Shown: positions 8,845-18,400 of the stretch, piece by piece
Position numbering within the stretch: the first letter of the stretch is position 1
How the letters are laid out: each line of letters begins with the position of its first letter
From: an uncultured Gammaproteobacteria bacterium
GTDB taxonomy: Bacteria; Patescibacteriota; Patescibacteriia; Magasanikbacterales; UBA922
Assembly (NCBI GenBank): GCA_964522405.1
Contig: CAZFTR010000002.1
Location: 8,032 to 72,031 of the forward strand
Length of the DNA: 64,000 bases
Reading direction: 5' to 3'
Position numbers and translations under genes: made by a program
The notes under the pieces: model-generated
Databases searched by the model: none
What the model saw: the letters and a program-made list of their open reading frames with translations, nothing else
What the model was told of the DNA's origin: nothing

Positions 8845-8875
8845 CAAAAAATTCGCTAAAATAAGCGAATTTTTG
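8845..8875 (-). terminator. Intrinsic terminator downstream of the 8955-10778 gene
   Basis: caaaaaattcgct-aaaata-agcgaatttttg. Confidence 0.6.
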
Positions 8876-8954
8876 TCTTTGCTCAGCTAAGCAAAAACTA
8901 CTAGGCTGTCCCTAAAATTTTGCTAAATTAAGCCAATTTTTGGTCTGTGGATAT

Positions 8955-10778
8955 CTACTCTGTAGTTGTACCTTTTTCTTGGGCTTTTTGGTCTGTTTTT
9001 AAGCTGGAATCTACATTTTCAACTGAATCAACCAATAAATATCCAGTAAAGCCGTCCATAGCACTTATAGTCACATTTTCCAGTAAGTCTACAATACTGC
9101 CTTTTTGGTCAATTGTTGGAGTAAATCCAAGTTCCATATATAAGCCAATATTTTGTTCAGGAGTAATTGATTTTATGTTCCATCTGATTTGATTATTTAC
9201 TTGGTCATATATTAGATTGTCTCCATGACTAACACTGGTTTTTCCTGAAAATTGAATGTATTCTGGTAAGTCTGCTTTGAAATTTAAGCTGTTAAGATGA
9301 TTAGTAGTGTTTTTTATATCTATCATCAGCCAATATTTTGTTTGTTTTCCGGTTTGGGGCGGTAATGGGCCTCTGCCTAATTGATCACCTTCGTTGGTGT
9401 AGTATCTAGCTTCAGCTAATATTTGAAGATTTGAAGATATTTTAATTTGATCTGTGGTGGATTTGATTTCTAAAATTTGATCATCAAGAGATTCAAGTTT
9501 GGATGAAATGATTGGATTCAGTACTAATTTGGGATTTACTATGTTTGATATTTTTTCTCTTATTGGAATTATGATGTTTATGGTTTTTGATTCTCCAGGT
9601 TTTAACTGTTGTAATTTGGCATTTTCAGTATTGGTTAATTTTATATTCTGAGTTGAATTGATTATCTCTCGGTTCTCTGCACTCAAGGGAATGTTAATAT
9701 TAAGATTTTCAAATGGTATATTTCCTTGATTTTTTAGAGTAATTTCAAGATTTGCAAATTTACCAGGGTTAGCAACCTGATTTTTCCAGGTAGAAATTAT
9801 CTGAAGTTGAGGGTCTAATACCTCTAAGTTTTTTTGATTTTTTGTCTGCGAAAATCGATGATTGTTTATTGATATGATTGGTATAAATTCTAGTGATATT
9901 GAGTTTTCTGTGTCTTGAAGGTCTGCTGAAAGTTGAGTATTTAAATAAGCTGAATTGCCCGGCTTTAATTCATCTAAAAACCAAGAGTTGTTCAATATAT
10001 ATCCTTGGTTTGGTTTAAGATTAGTGATTTCTATTCCTTTTTGCTGCTTTAGTGGAATTTCTATGTTTTTGAGGATGTGTTTATTGTTATTTTTTATTAC
10101 CAGGTCTAATTTTGTCAGACCACCATTTACTATTTTTTGATTTATATCAATATGTGTTTCCAGTACTGAGTTTCTGGGAATGGTTATCAAGCTGGTGGTT
10201 TTAATCCCACTTGTTTGATTTTGGTTATAGGTGTAGGTTAGTTTTGCTGATGTCTTGTAATGTTTATTTGGTTCTCCATAAAATATTCCAGAGACACTTA
10301 AATCTGCTTTTTCTCCCGGCTTGATAGTGTTGAGATTAAAACTGTTTTTTGTCTGGTCATAACTCTCTTTCGGTATGGCCGAATCAAAAACAAATCCATC
10401 TGGAAATTGTAGAATTAAGTGAGCATTTTCAAGTTCAAAGTTCTCATTGTTAATGTAGCTTATTTGGTATTCTATTTCTTCACCACTTAGAATTTTTGAT
10501 TTGGGCTGGATCTCACTTGAAAATTGAGAGATGTTTAGATCTACTAGGTAGTTGCCTCTTGGTTTGTAGCTGTGCCAATAAATGGTTGAAACAAATAAAA
10601 GAATGGTTAAAAGAAGAAGAAAAATGTCAAAAACAAATAGTTTCTTTGCATGAGCATATTTGAGATCATATTTTTTTTGGTAGTATCTATGGGCAAATTT
10701 TATTGGATCTGATAAAAGCTTAAAAAACCACTTTGGTGGCGCAGTTAAAATTTTATTCTTTTCTTTACAATCTTTCAT
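8955..10778 (-). CDS. Membrane-anchored protein with repeated Ig-like (DUF11-like) domains
   Basis: One N-terminal TM helix; repeated GExxxYxIxYxN / LPxG..F / L.PGE beta-rich units; C-terminal YYTxEGDQLGRGPLPP. Confidence 0.65.
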   Translation of the reverse strand: MKDCKEKNKILTAPPKWFFKLLSDPIKFAHRYYQKKYDLKYAHAKKLFVFDIFLLLLTILLFVSTIYWHSYKPRGNYLVDLNISQFSSEIQPKSKILSGEEIEYQISYINNENFELENAHLILQFPDGFVFDSAIPKESYDQTKNSFNLNTIKPGEKADLSVSGIFYGEPNKHYKTSAKLTYTYNQNQTSGIKTTSLITIPRNSVLETHIDINQKIVNGGLTKLDLVIKNNNKHILKNIEIPLKQQKGIEITNLKPNQGYILNNSWFLDELKPGNSAYLNTQLSADLQDTENSISLEFIPIISINNHRFSQTKNQKNLEVLDPQLQIISTWKNQVANPGKFANLEITLKNQGNIPFENLNINIPLSAENREIINSTQNIKLTNTENAKLQQLKPGESKTINIIIPIREKISNIVNPKLVLNPIISSKLESLDDQILEIKSTTDQIKISSNLQILAEARYYTNEGDQLGRGPLPPQTGKQTKYWLMIDIKNTTNHLNSLNFKADLPEYIQFSGKTSVSHGDNLIYDQVNNQIRWNIKSITPEQNIGLYMELGFTPTIDQKGSIVDLLENVTISAMDGFTGYLLVDSVENVDSSLKTDQKAQEKGTTTE

Positions 10779-10814
10779 GTTTTAATTATATTCTTTTTTA
10801 GTTTTTCGAGCAAT

Positions 10815-10839
10815 AAAACTGCCAGCTCTCGCTGGCAGT
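10815..10839 (-). terminator. Intrinsic terminator
   Basis: actgccagc-tctc-gctggcagt, followed by TTTT on the minus strand just after the HTH gene stop. Confidence 0.75.
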
Positions 10840-10842
10840 GGT

Positions 10843-11160
10843 CTAGTCAGTATCAGACTCTGATTTTCTTTTTACTCTTTTTGCGCTTGGTGAGTAAAGA
10901 GTATTATTTATTTTCCACCTACCCACAAACTGTCCAATTCCTTTTTCATTACTTTTGTTCTTGACTGTGGTCTTGGATTGTGACCATTTAACTAGGCTTT
11001 CAAAATCTATTTTGTATCTTCCAGCCACTACTACATAATTTATTTCTTGTGCCTTTATGGCTCTTCTAATGGTCTGTGGATTAACTCCAAAAAGCCTTGC
11101 TGCTTCTGAAATTGAAACTCTGACTACCTCCTTTTGCTGTTTTAGAGGATTTTCATCCAT
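10843..11160 (-). CDS. Excisionase/BldC-like helix-turn-helix (HTH_17) DNA-binding protein
   Basis: SISEAARLFGVNPQTIRRAIK...GRYKI. Promoter TTGACA-N17-TAATAT at 11234-11206; ATG at 11160 preferred as start. Confidence 0.8.
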   Translation of the reverse strand: MDENPLKQQKEVVRVSISEAARLFGVNPQTIRRAIKAQEINYVVVAGRYKIDFESLVKWSQSKTTVKNKSNEKGIGQFVGRWKINNTLYSPSAKRVKRKSESDTD

Positions 11161-11525
11161 ATTTCTAGGTATCAAAGAGATGGTTTAAAATTTTTGTGTA
11201 GAGTAATATTAACAAAATTTAGGTTTTATGTCAAGTTAGCTACTTTCTTTCACTTGTTGGAGTCAGATTGAGACTTCTGATATTTACTATTATAAATTGT
11301 ATAGATTATTATATACAAATAGAATAATTATTTAGACTTATCTATACAAAAAAAGTATAGAGTGGTTTATACAAATACAAAAAATCAAAAAGAGGTTGTT
11401 GGCTGGTTATATGTTGTGTAGAGGGGATGTTTTGCTGAATTTTATTTAAAATCAGACTATTTATGGTATAATTACTTAAATTTAAAAGTTCCCCAGAGAG
11501 ATTTTTAATTTAACCTGGTATAGTT

Positions 11526-13040
11526 ATGAAATTTTTTGCATATAAAAAGCTTGTAAGATCTAGTAATACTGACTTGCTGATTTTATTATTTCTTCTCAGT
11601 GTTTCAGGTTTTTTTCTTTTTTTGGGGTTGGGTAGGGGGGTTCTAATGGATTGGGATGAAGGTCTCTATGCAAATATTGTTGGTGAGATTGTTAGGGGTG
11701 GGGATTGGCTTTCTTTGAAATTACAATCTGTTCCTTGGTTTGATAAAGAACCTCTAGGATTTTGGTTAATGGCTCTATCTGTGAAATTGTTTGGCTTTTC
11801 AGTTTTTGCTTTGAGACTTCCATCAGTACTGATTTCTATATTTTTAGCTCCACTATTCTATATTTTTTTGAGAAAAAGGTATTCTCAGTTGGTTTCTGGA
11901 TTTGTTTCTGTCATTTTATTCTTTTCGCCTTTTCTGTGGTTGCCACACATGTTTAGAACAGGAGATTTAGATGCTCTTGCTGTAGTTCTTTTTTTGGTAA
12001 GTTTTGTTTTTTATATTTATAAGAGGGATTCGAAATATTGGTGGTTGTCTGCTGTTTTTATAGCTCTTTCTGTGCTGGCGAGGGGTGCCTGGGGTTTTTT
12101 ACATTTATTTGTGCTTTTGATTGCTGAAGTTTCCAGACCAGGTTTTGGTTTAGATCGATGGTCTTTTAAAAAATTATTTTTATTTGTTTTTATTTCTATT
12201 TTCCCTTGGTTTTTTTGGCATGTTTTACGCTATTTTGAAGATCCAGGGGCTTATGTTGATATTTATTGGAAAACCCAGTTTTTTAACAGGATTGGCGGGG
12301 CGGTTGATGGTCATTCTGAGCCATTTACTTATTATTTCAAGTATATAAAAGATTTGGTTGGTCTCGGTTGGATTGTGACTGTTTTATTTTCGGTTATTTT
12401 TGCATTGATTAGAATGATAAAGAAGCGAGATTGGTATCTTTTTTTGGTGCTTATTTGGTTGTTAGTAGTTTTAGGAGTGCCGCATATTATGGAAACCAAA
12501 CTTTATTGGTATTTATTTCCAGCTTTACTTCCTATTTATATTATTTTTGCTGAGTTATTTAAGGGTTTAAATGAAAAAATCAATGGTAGGGTTGGTAAAA
12601 TAACTGTGGTTCTTGTTTGCTTGCTTTATTCTCTTTTTCTAGTTAAGCCAGTGGCTGCGCAAATTTTCCAGAATAGAAATGCTCAACCAACAAATATGGA
12701 ACAGTTTGTTGAAAATGCTGCTAGTTTTGTGCCCAGAGGGTCTGAAATTGTGGTTTATGATCTACATGTTTGGAATTTTGGTCGTATTTTGCCGGGATTT
12801 GCCTGGTATCTACATTTTGAAAATGACTGGAAAACTATTCATATTGATCAATTTGTTGCTCCAAATTACATAGAAAAATATCAAGAGTTGCCTTGGTGGA
12901 TGGTAAGTAGAGATAAACTAGAAGAGGTTAAATTGCTCAAGACTGATCTTGATTTTGAAGTTTTATATCAAAGAGGGGATTATATTTTGCTAAAAATAGC
13001 TAAATGTGGAGGTGAAACTGAAAATTGTCAAAAATTGTAG
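11526..13040 (+). CDS. ArnT/PMT-like GT-C membrane glycosyltransferase
   Basis: DWDEGLYA, WFDKEPL.FWLMA, LRLPS and GH.EPF.YY motifs; many TM helices. Confidence 0.88.
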   Translation: MKFFAYKKLVRSSNTDLLILLFLLSVSGFFLFLGLGRGVLMDWDEGLYANIVGEIVRGGDWLSLKLQSVPWFDKEPLGFWLMALSVKLFGFSVFALRLPSVLISIFLAPLFYIFLRKRYSQLVSGFVSVILFFSPFLWLPHMFRTGDLDALAVVLFLVSFVFYIYKRDSKYWWLSAVFIALSVLARGAWGFLHLFVLLIAEVSRPGFGLDRWSFKKLFLFVFISIFPWFFWHVLRYFEDPGAYVDIYWKTQFFNRIGGAVDGHSEPFTYYFKYIKDLVGLGWIVTVLFSVIFALIRMIKKRDWYLFLVLIWLLVVLGVPHIMETKLYWYLFPALLPIYIIFAELFKGLNEKINGRVGKITVVLVCLLYSLFLVKPVAAQIFQNRNAQPTNMEQFVENAASFVPRGSEIVVYDLHVWNFGRILPGFAWYLHFENDWKTIHIDQFVAPNYIEKYQELPWWMVSRDKLEEVKLLKTDLDFEVLYQRGDYILLKIAKCGGETENCQKL

Positions 13041-13172
13041 ATTTGAGTTAAAGATATAAATTTATTGTATTTTTGCCTTAATTTAGCAAAAAACCGCCTT
13101 AGCTAGATTTCTTGCATTTTTTGGTAGTTTATGCTATTATATTGGCATTATTTTCAATTATAAATAGTGTCC

Positions 13173-13198
13173 TGTAACACTTTTTTAGTTTCTGCGTC
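13173..13198 (+). promoter_or_regulatory. ECF sigma-type promoter (putative autoregulatory, leaderless)
   Basis: TGTAAC (13173-13178), N16, CGTC (13195-13198); ATG follows 7 nt later. A separate sigma70 promoter TTGCAT-N17-TATTAT lies at 13112-13140. Confidence 0.72.
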
Positions 13199-13205
13199 TT
13201 CATAT

Positions 13206-13757
13206 ATGAGAGGCAATAAAATTTCTGAAAAATTACTACTGCATAGAATTCGCACCAAGCGCGATCCTCAAGCCTTCGGAGAGTTGTATGATCTTTACAT
13301 CGATAAAATATATAGATTTATCTTCTTTAAGGTTTCCAGTAAGGAAATTGCTGAGGATATTACCAGTGATGTTTTTCTAAAAACCTGGAATTATCTTACT
13401 GATGGTAAAAAAAGAGAAATTAAAAGTTTTAGTGGACTGCTCTATAGAGTGGCTAGAACTAGTCTGGTTGATTTTTACAGAAAACAAGGAAGAGAAATTA
13501 GTAGATCAGAGGATCTATTGCAGAATATTATTATAGATGATGATCAGTATAAATTGATTCATAATAGATATGAGGTTGAACAAGTGCTCAAAGTAGTAAG
13601 TACTATGAAGAGAGATTATCAGGAGATACTAACACTTAGATATATAGATGAGCTATCTGTTTCAGAGATTGCAGATATATTAGAGAAAAAATCTACAAAT
13701 GTGAGAGTGACTATTCATAGAGCTCTGAAAGTTTTGAAAAAATTGATAGATTCATAA
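13206..13757 (+). CDS. ECF RNA polymerase sigma factor
   Basis: AFGELYD.Y..KIYRFI, AEDITSDVFLK, LYRVAR..VDFYRK and region 4 LSVSEIA..L......VRV..HRA. Confidence 0.95.
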   Translation: MRGNKISEKLLLHRIRTKRDPQAFGELYDLYIDKIYRFIFFKVSSKEIAEDITSDVFLKTWNYLTDGKKREIKSFSGLLYRVARTSLVDFYRKQGREISRSEDLLQNIIIDDDQYKLIHNRYEVEQVLKVVSTMKRDYQEILTLRYIDELSVSEIADILEKKSTNVRVTIHRALKVLKKLIDS

Positions 13758-13798
13758 AATTATTATTCATGTAACAATTGACAATTTTGGAAGAGATT

Positions 13799-15247
13799 AT
13801 GTCAAAACATGATAAACAAAAAAATACATTAAAAGAAATTGGACATCTGGTTAAGCCAGATTCTTCTTGGGTTTTGGAAAATCGAAGAAATCTTTTGAAT
13901 AAAATTTCCAATACAAAACAAGAATCAAAAAATCATTTTAGTTTTGGAAACGCCAATGCTTTTTTGCAGGTGTTTATTCCTAAACCTATTTTACAAGCAG
14001 CAAGGCCAGTTTTTACAGCCTTGCTTATTTTAATTGTGGCGGTTGCTGGGTCAGCAGCAAGCGTGAGTGCTACCTTTAATTGCCTACCTGGAGATATTTG
14101 TTGGAATGTGAAAGTTCCTCTGGAAAAAGCACATATAGTAATTTCAACAGTTGGCGCTCCAAAGGAAGTAAAAAAAGAAATTCAAATTAAAAAGAAATTA
14201 GAATTTGCAGAGAGAAGAAAAGAAGAAATGCAAAGAGTTTTACAAGAGAGACCAACAGATGATTCAGATAAGAAAGCAAGAAGAGTTAGTGCTGCAAGAG
14301 AAGAATTGGAAGAGTCTATTAAATCTGCTGTGGAAATTGCCCAGGAAGATGTAAAAGAAAAAGTAAAAGATCATCCGGAAAAGGCAATTGAAATTTTAAA
14401 AGAGGTTCAGGTTGAGACTACAGAAATTTCAAATGATCTTAAGAAAATCAGTGCTGAGTTGGCAGAATCAGAAGAGGTAGAAGAATCAGAAGAAGCAAAA
14501 GAAGTTCAAGAGGCGGCTATTGATACTGGAAAAAGTGGCTTGGCTACACTCGAGGCAATTGTAGAGGCTGTTGAAGAAATAGATGCAAATGCAGAAGAGA
14601 CTGAGAATCAAGAAGAAGAGTCAGGTCAGACTGAGAATCAAGAAGAAGCTGATCCGACACAGGTTCAAGAAGTGGAAAAAGAAGATCAAACCAAGCAAGA
14701 GATAATTGAGTTGATTAGTAATGAATTGCAAGATGTCTTAGACGATACTGAAAAAGTTAAAACAGATGTTGAGTTGGTGGAGTCAGAAGAAGCTCAATCA
14801 GAAAACCCTGAGCAGGAAGATTTAACTGTGGAATCCTCTGAAAATCTTAGTACGGATCAAATGCAGACAGAGGAATTATCAGCCTCGTCCACTGAATCGT
14901 TTGTTGAAGTGACAGAGGCTAGTCCTGAGACAATCGAAGACATCAAAGAAAAAACAAAAGAAGTTGAAGATTCTGCAGAGGGTGTTCGTGATTTGTTAGA
15001 AGAAGGAAATTTTAGAGATGCACTGGACAAAGTAAAAGACATGAACAATATAACGGGGAGTGCTGAGCAAATACTTGCTGAAATAAAAGTTCCTGTTGAA
15101 AATCTGGAAGAATTAGAAGGTGGTGACAATTCTGAAGATCAGAATGTGGATCAATCCAGGACAGATATTGAAGAGGTGGGGCTTGAAGATCAAAAAACAT
15201 TAATCAATCCTGAGGTTCAGGATAATTTAGAAGAAGAATTAATTTAA
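13799..15247 (+). CDS. Putative anti-sigma factor (single TM, DUF5667-like helical domain, long acidic C-terminus)
   Basis: Directly downstream of the ECF gene; TM followed by LPGD..W.VK..LEK and FAERR.EE; Glu-rich tail. Confidence 0.65.
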   Translation: MSKHDKQKNTLKEIGHLVKPDSSWVLENRRNLLNKISNTKQESKNHFSFGNANAFLQVFIPKPILQAARPVFTALLILIVAVAGSAASVSATFNCLPGDICWNVKVPLEKAHIVISTVGAPKEVKKEIQIKKKLEFAERRKEEMQRVLQERPTDDSDKKARRVSAAREELEESIKSAVEIAQEDVKEKVKDHPEKAIEILKEVQVETTEISNDLKKISAELAESEEVEESEEAKEVQEAAIDTGKSGLATLEAIVEAVEEIDANAEETENQEEESGQTENQEEADPTQVQEVEKEDQTKQEIIELISNELQDVLDDTEKVKTDVELVESEEAQSENPEQEDLTVESSENLSTDQMQTEELSASSTESFVEVTEASPETIEDIKEKTKEVEDSAEGVRDLLEEGNFRDALDKVKDMNNITGSAEQILAEIKVPVENLEELEGGDNSEDQNVDQSRTDIEEVGLEDQKTLINPEVQDNLEEELI

Positions 15248-15252
15248 TAATA

Positions 15253-15414
15253 AGTCGTTACTGTGCGGCGCAGAGTTTTTGTCCTGTTTACAAAAATTCT
15301 ACGCCATACAGTATAGCGGCTCCTGTGCAGGGCACAGGAATAGTTTCTCAGATCATTCTCTGAGAAACATCTTGTACGACCAAAAGGTCGAGTCGGCATG
15401 CCGACGTTGTACAA
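15253..15414 (+). ncRNA. Highly structured leader/ncRNA upstream of the S-layer-like gene
   Basis: Four consecutive stem-loops: long 15253-15321, 15321-15339, 15343-15368, and branched 15372-15414. Confidence 0.6.
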
Positions 15415-15490
15415 TTCTTTAATAAATACTTGTTTTGATGACTCGGATATATATTGAAGGGCGCTTCAAAACAAGTACAAGGATTAATTT

Positions 15491-18400
15491 ATGAACGATA
15501 TGAAAAAGTTTGGAAAGAAACTTTTTACAGGTGTTGTAACAGGTTTGACTGCTTTTAGCATGTCTTTTGGTGCATTTTTGCCAGCAGTAGTTCATGCTGC
15601 TGAGGAATGTCCTAGCGTGCAAGCAGGCGACTTGATCAAAACAACAGAGAAATCTGATGTTTATTACATCGACGCCAACATGAAAAGAATGCCTTTCCTA
15701 AACTCAGAAGTTTTCCTTTCTCATTATGAGGATTGGACTGGTGTGATGGCAATTCCACCTAGTTGTATTTCTAGTTTCTTGCCATCAACCGGAGTTGTAT
15801 ACAGACCTGGATCTCGTCTTTTTAAGACTGAAGTAGATGCAGCTGTATACGCAGTTCTACCTGGAAACAAAGCTTATCATTTAGCTGATCCAGATGTAGC
15901 TACTGCACTTTACGGTGCTGATTGGGAAAAATCATTACGTACTGTAAGTGACTCATTCACTTTGGCTCTAAATTTTGACGCATCTCAAAAACTTGACATG
16001 TCTGTACCTCACGCAGGTCAGTTGGTTAAGACAGAAGGTGATGATGTTTATTATGTTTCAGCTGAAGGAAAACTACAAAAAGTTGAAGGTGACCTAGCTG
16101 CTGGTTTAGCAGCTGATGTTGAGACTGTTTCACAAACTGTATTTGATGCAGCTGAAATGGATGACGCTGCGAATACTGTGACTGCAAGTTCTCTACTAGG
16201 TAACCCAGATACTGTAACAACTACATCAGGTGATACTGATGCTGGTGATACAGATGGTGATACTGATACTCCAGCAGCAGCTGGTACTCTAACAGTAACA
16301 CTTGCAGGAAACACTCCAGCTCCTGGATACGTAGCAAAGGGTGCATACAATGCAGAATTTGCTAAATTTGTATTCAAGGCAACTGGTGGTGATGTTCGTG
16401 TTGACAAGATTGTTATTAAACGTGATGGTCTTGGTGTTGACGCTGATATTGATGCTGTGCGCCTATATGACGGTGCTATGCAACTTGGTTCAGACCAAGC
16501 ACTTAACACTAACACTCATCTTGCTACTTTCAAGAACCTAAATTGGGATCTTTCAAGTGGTGATGAAAAAACTCTTACTGTAAAAGCTGATACTAACTCA
16601 AGTCCATCAGGTACAAATGATTATTTTGAAATCTCTGAACTTGAATTAGAAGGTGAGGGATCTCTTACAGCAGATCTTCCTCTAGCTGGTAATGCTTTGC
16701 AATACCACAGTGTTACAATGGGTGTACTTGACGTTAATGATCTAACTTCTCCAGGAGCAACTACTGTTATTTCTGGTGCTACTGATGTGCAAGTTCAATG
16801 TTTGAACTTTGATACAAACAGTGCAGAAGGATTTGATGTTAAATCTATTAAGTTGACAAACAATGGTACTATTGGAAACAGTCAAATTAACAAATTTGTA
16901 CTGAAACAAGGTGCTGATGTGTTGGCAACTGTAGATGGCGGATTTGAATCAGATGGTACAGTTACTTTTGACATGAATGATTCTCCTTACTATATTGCTA
17001 AGAGCAAGAGTAAAGATCTATGTGTTTATGTTGATATTGCTGAAGGAATCAGCTTAACTACCAGAACAATTATCATGAATCTTGCTGAGGCAAAAGACGT
17101 GGTAGCTGTTGGTGATAGCTCAAAAGGACAAGTAGTTATTACTATTGATGATGCAACACCTTTCACAGAGCAAACTGGTCAAACAATGACTGTTGACCAG
17201 GGTACTCTAACAGTTGCTTTCAACACTGCTACTGCTCCTGTTGCAGCCGACCTAGTTGATGGTGTGGCTGGAAACAAACTTGGAGCATTCAAATTCACTG
17301 CTGGATCTACTGAAGGTATGAAAGTTACCAGATTTAGACTTACAGCTAGTGGTACTGGTGTTGCTGCTGCTGATCTTTCTAACTTCGAATTATTTGTCTA
17401 CGACCCTGATACATCTGAAGAGACACAAGTTGGAAGTTCTCAAAGTATGAGTGGTTTGAATGTTACATTTGAAGACACAGTAGATGGTCTATTTGACGTA
17501 GCTGCTGGTAAAAATGTAATTGTTCATCTATACGGTGATGTTAACACAGCTGCTACTTGGACAGGAAGTACAACAGTTGCTGGTATGAATTTGTATGTTG
17601 GTGGTACAAATACTAATTTGATTGTAAAGGCTAAAGGTCTTAAATCAGAAAAGTTTGTAGCTGCTGGTGACATTACACTTTCAAGCGTTAACCAGAATGA
17701 TACTGGAGTAGTACAGTTTGGTAATTCAGACAATGGTGCTCTTGTTATCTCTCTAGATAACTCAGCTCCAGGTGCTACATCTATCTCAACTGGTGTTACT
17801 GACTATGATTTTGCTCACTACAGACTTTATGCTACTGGTGAGGATGTCAATGTAACTCAGCTTGTTGTTCGTGCTTATAACACTTCTGGAACAGGAAGTA
17901 CAGCTAGTACAACAGGTGATATCACAAACGTAAAACTTTATGATATTACTGATGCTGATAATCCAGTTCAAGTTGGTACTACAGTTGCTAGTCCAGCTCT
18001 TGGTGTTTCAACATTTAGCTTTACTATGACTGTTCCAAAAGACAGTTACAAAGTTCTAAAAGCTGTTGCTGATATCCCAACTGGAAGTGGATCTGACTTT
18101 ATGCACTTAGACGTTCCTGGTGCTGGAACTGTTGCTGATGATATTTCTTCTACCGGAGCTTATTCTGGTATTGACATCACAGAAACTGGTTCTGCTACTG
18201 GTCGTCTTATGACTGTTGCTACACCAACTATCACAGTAAGTTGGGCATCTGGTGCTACAAATAATGTAGTAACTAACGCCAACGGTGTTACTCTTGGTGC
18301 ACTTCAGTTGACTGCTGGTCAATATGAAAACGTTAAAGTAACAAGTATTAAGATTGAGGCTTCTAGTTCTACTGTTGCTTCTGGCAATTTTGCTGAAGGT

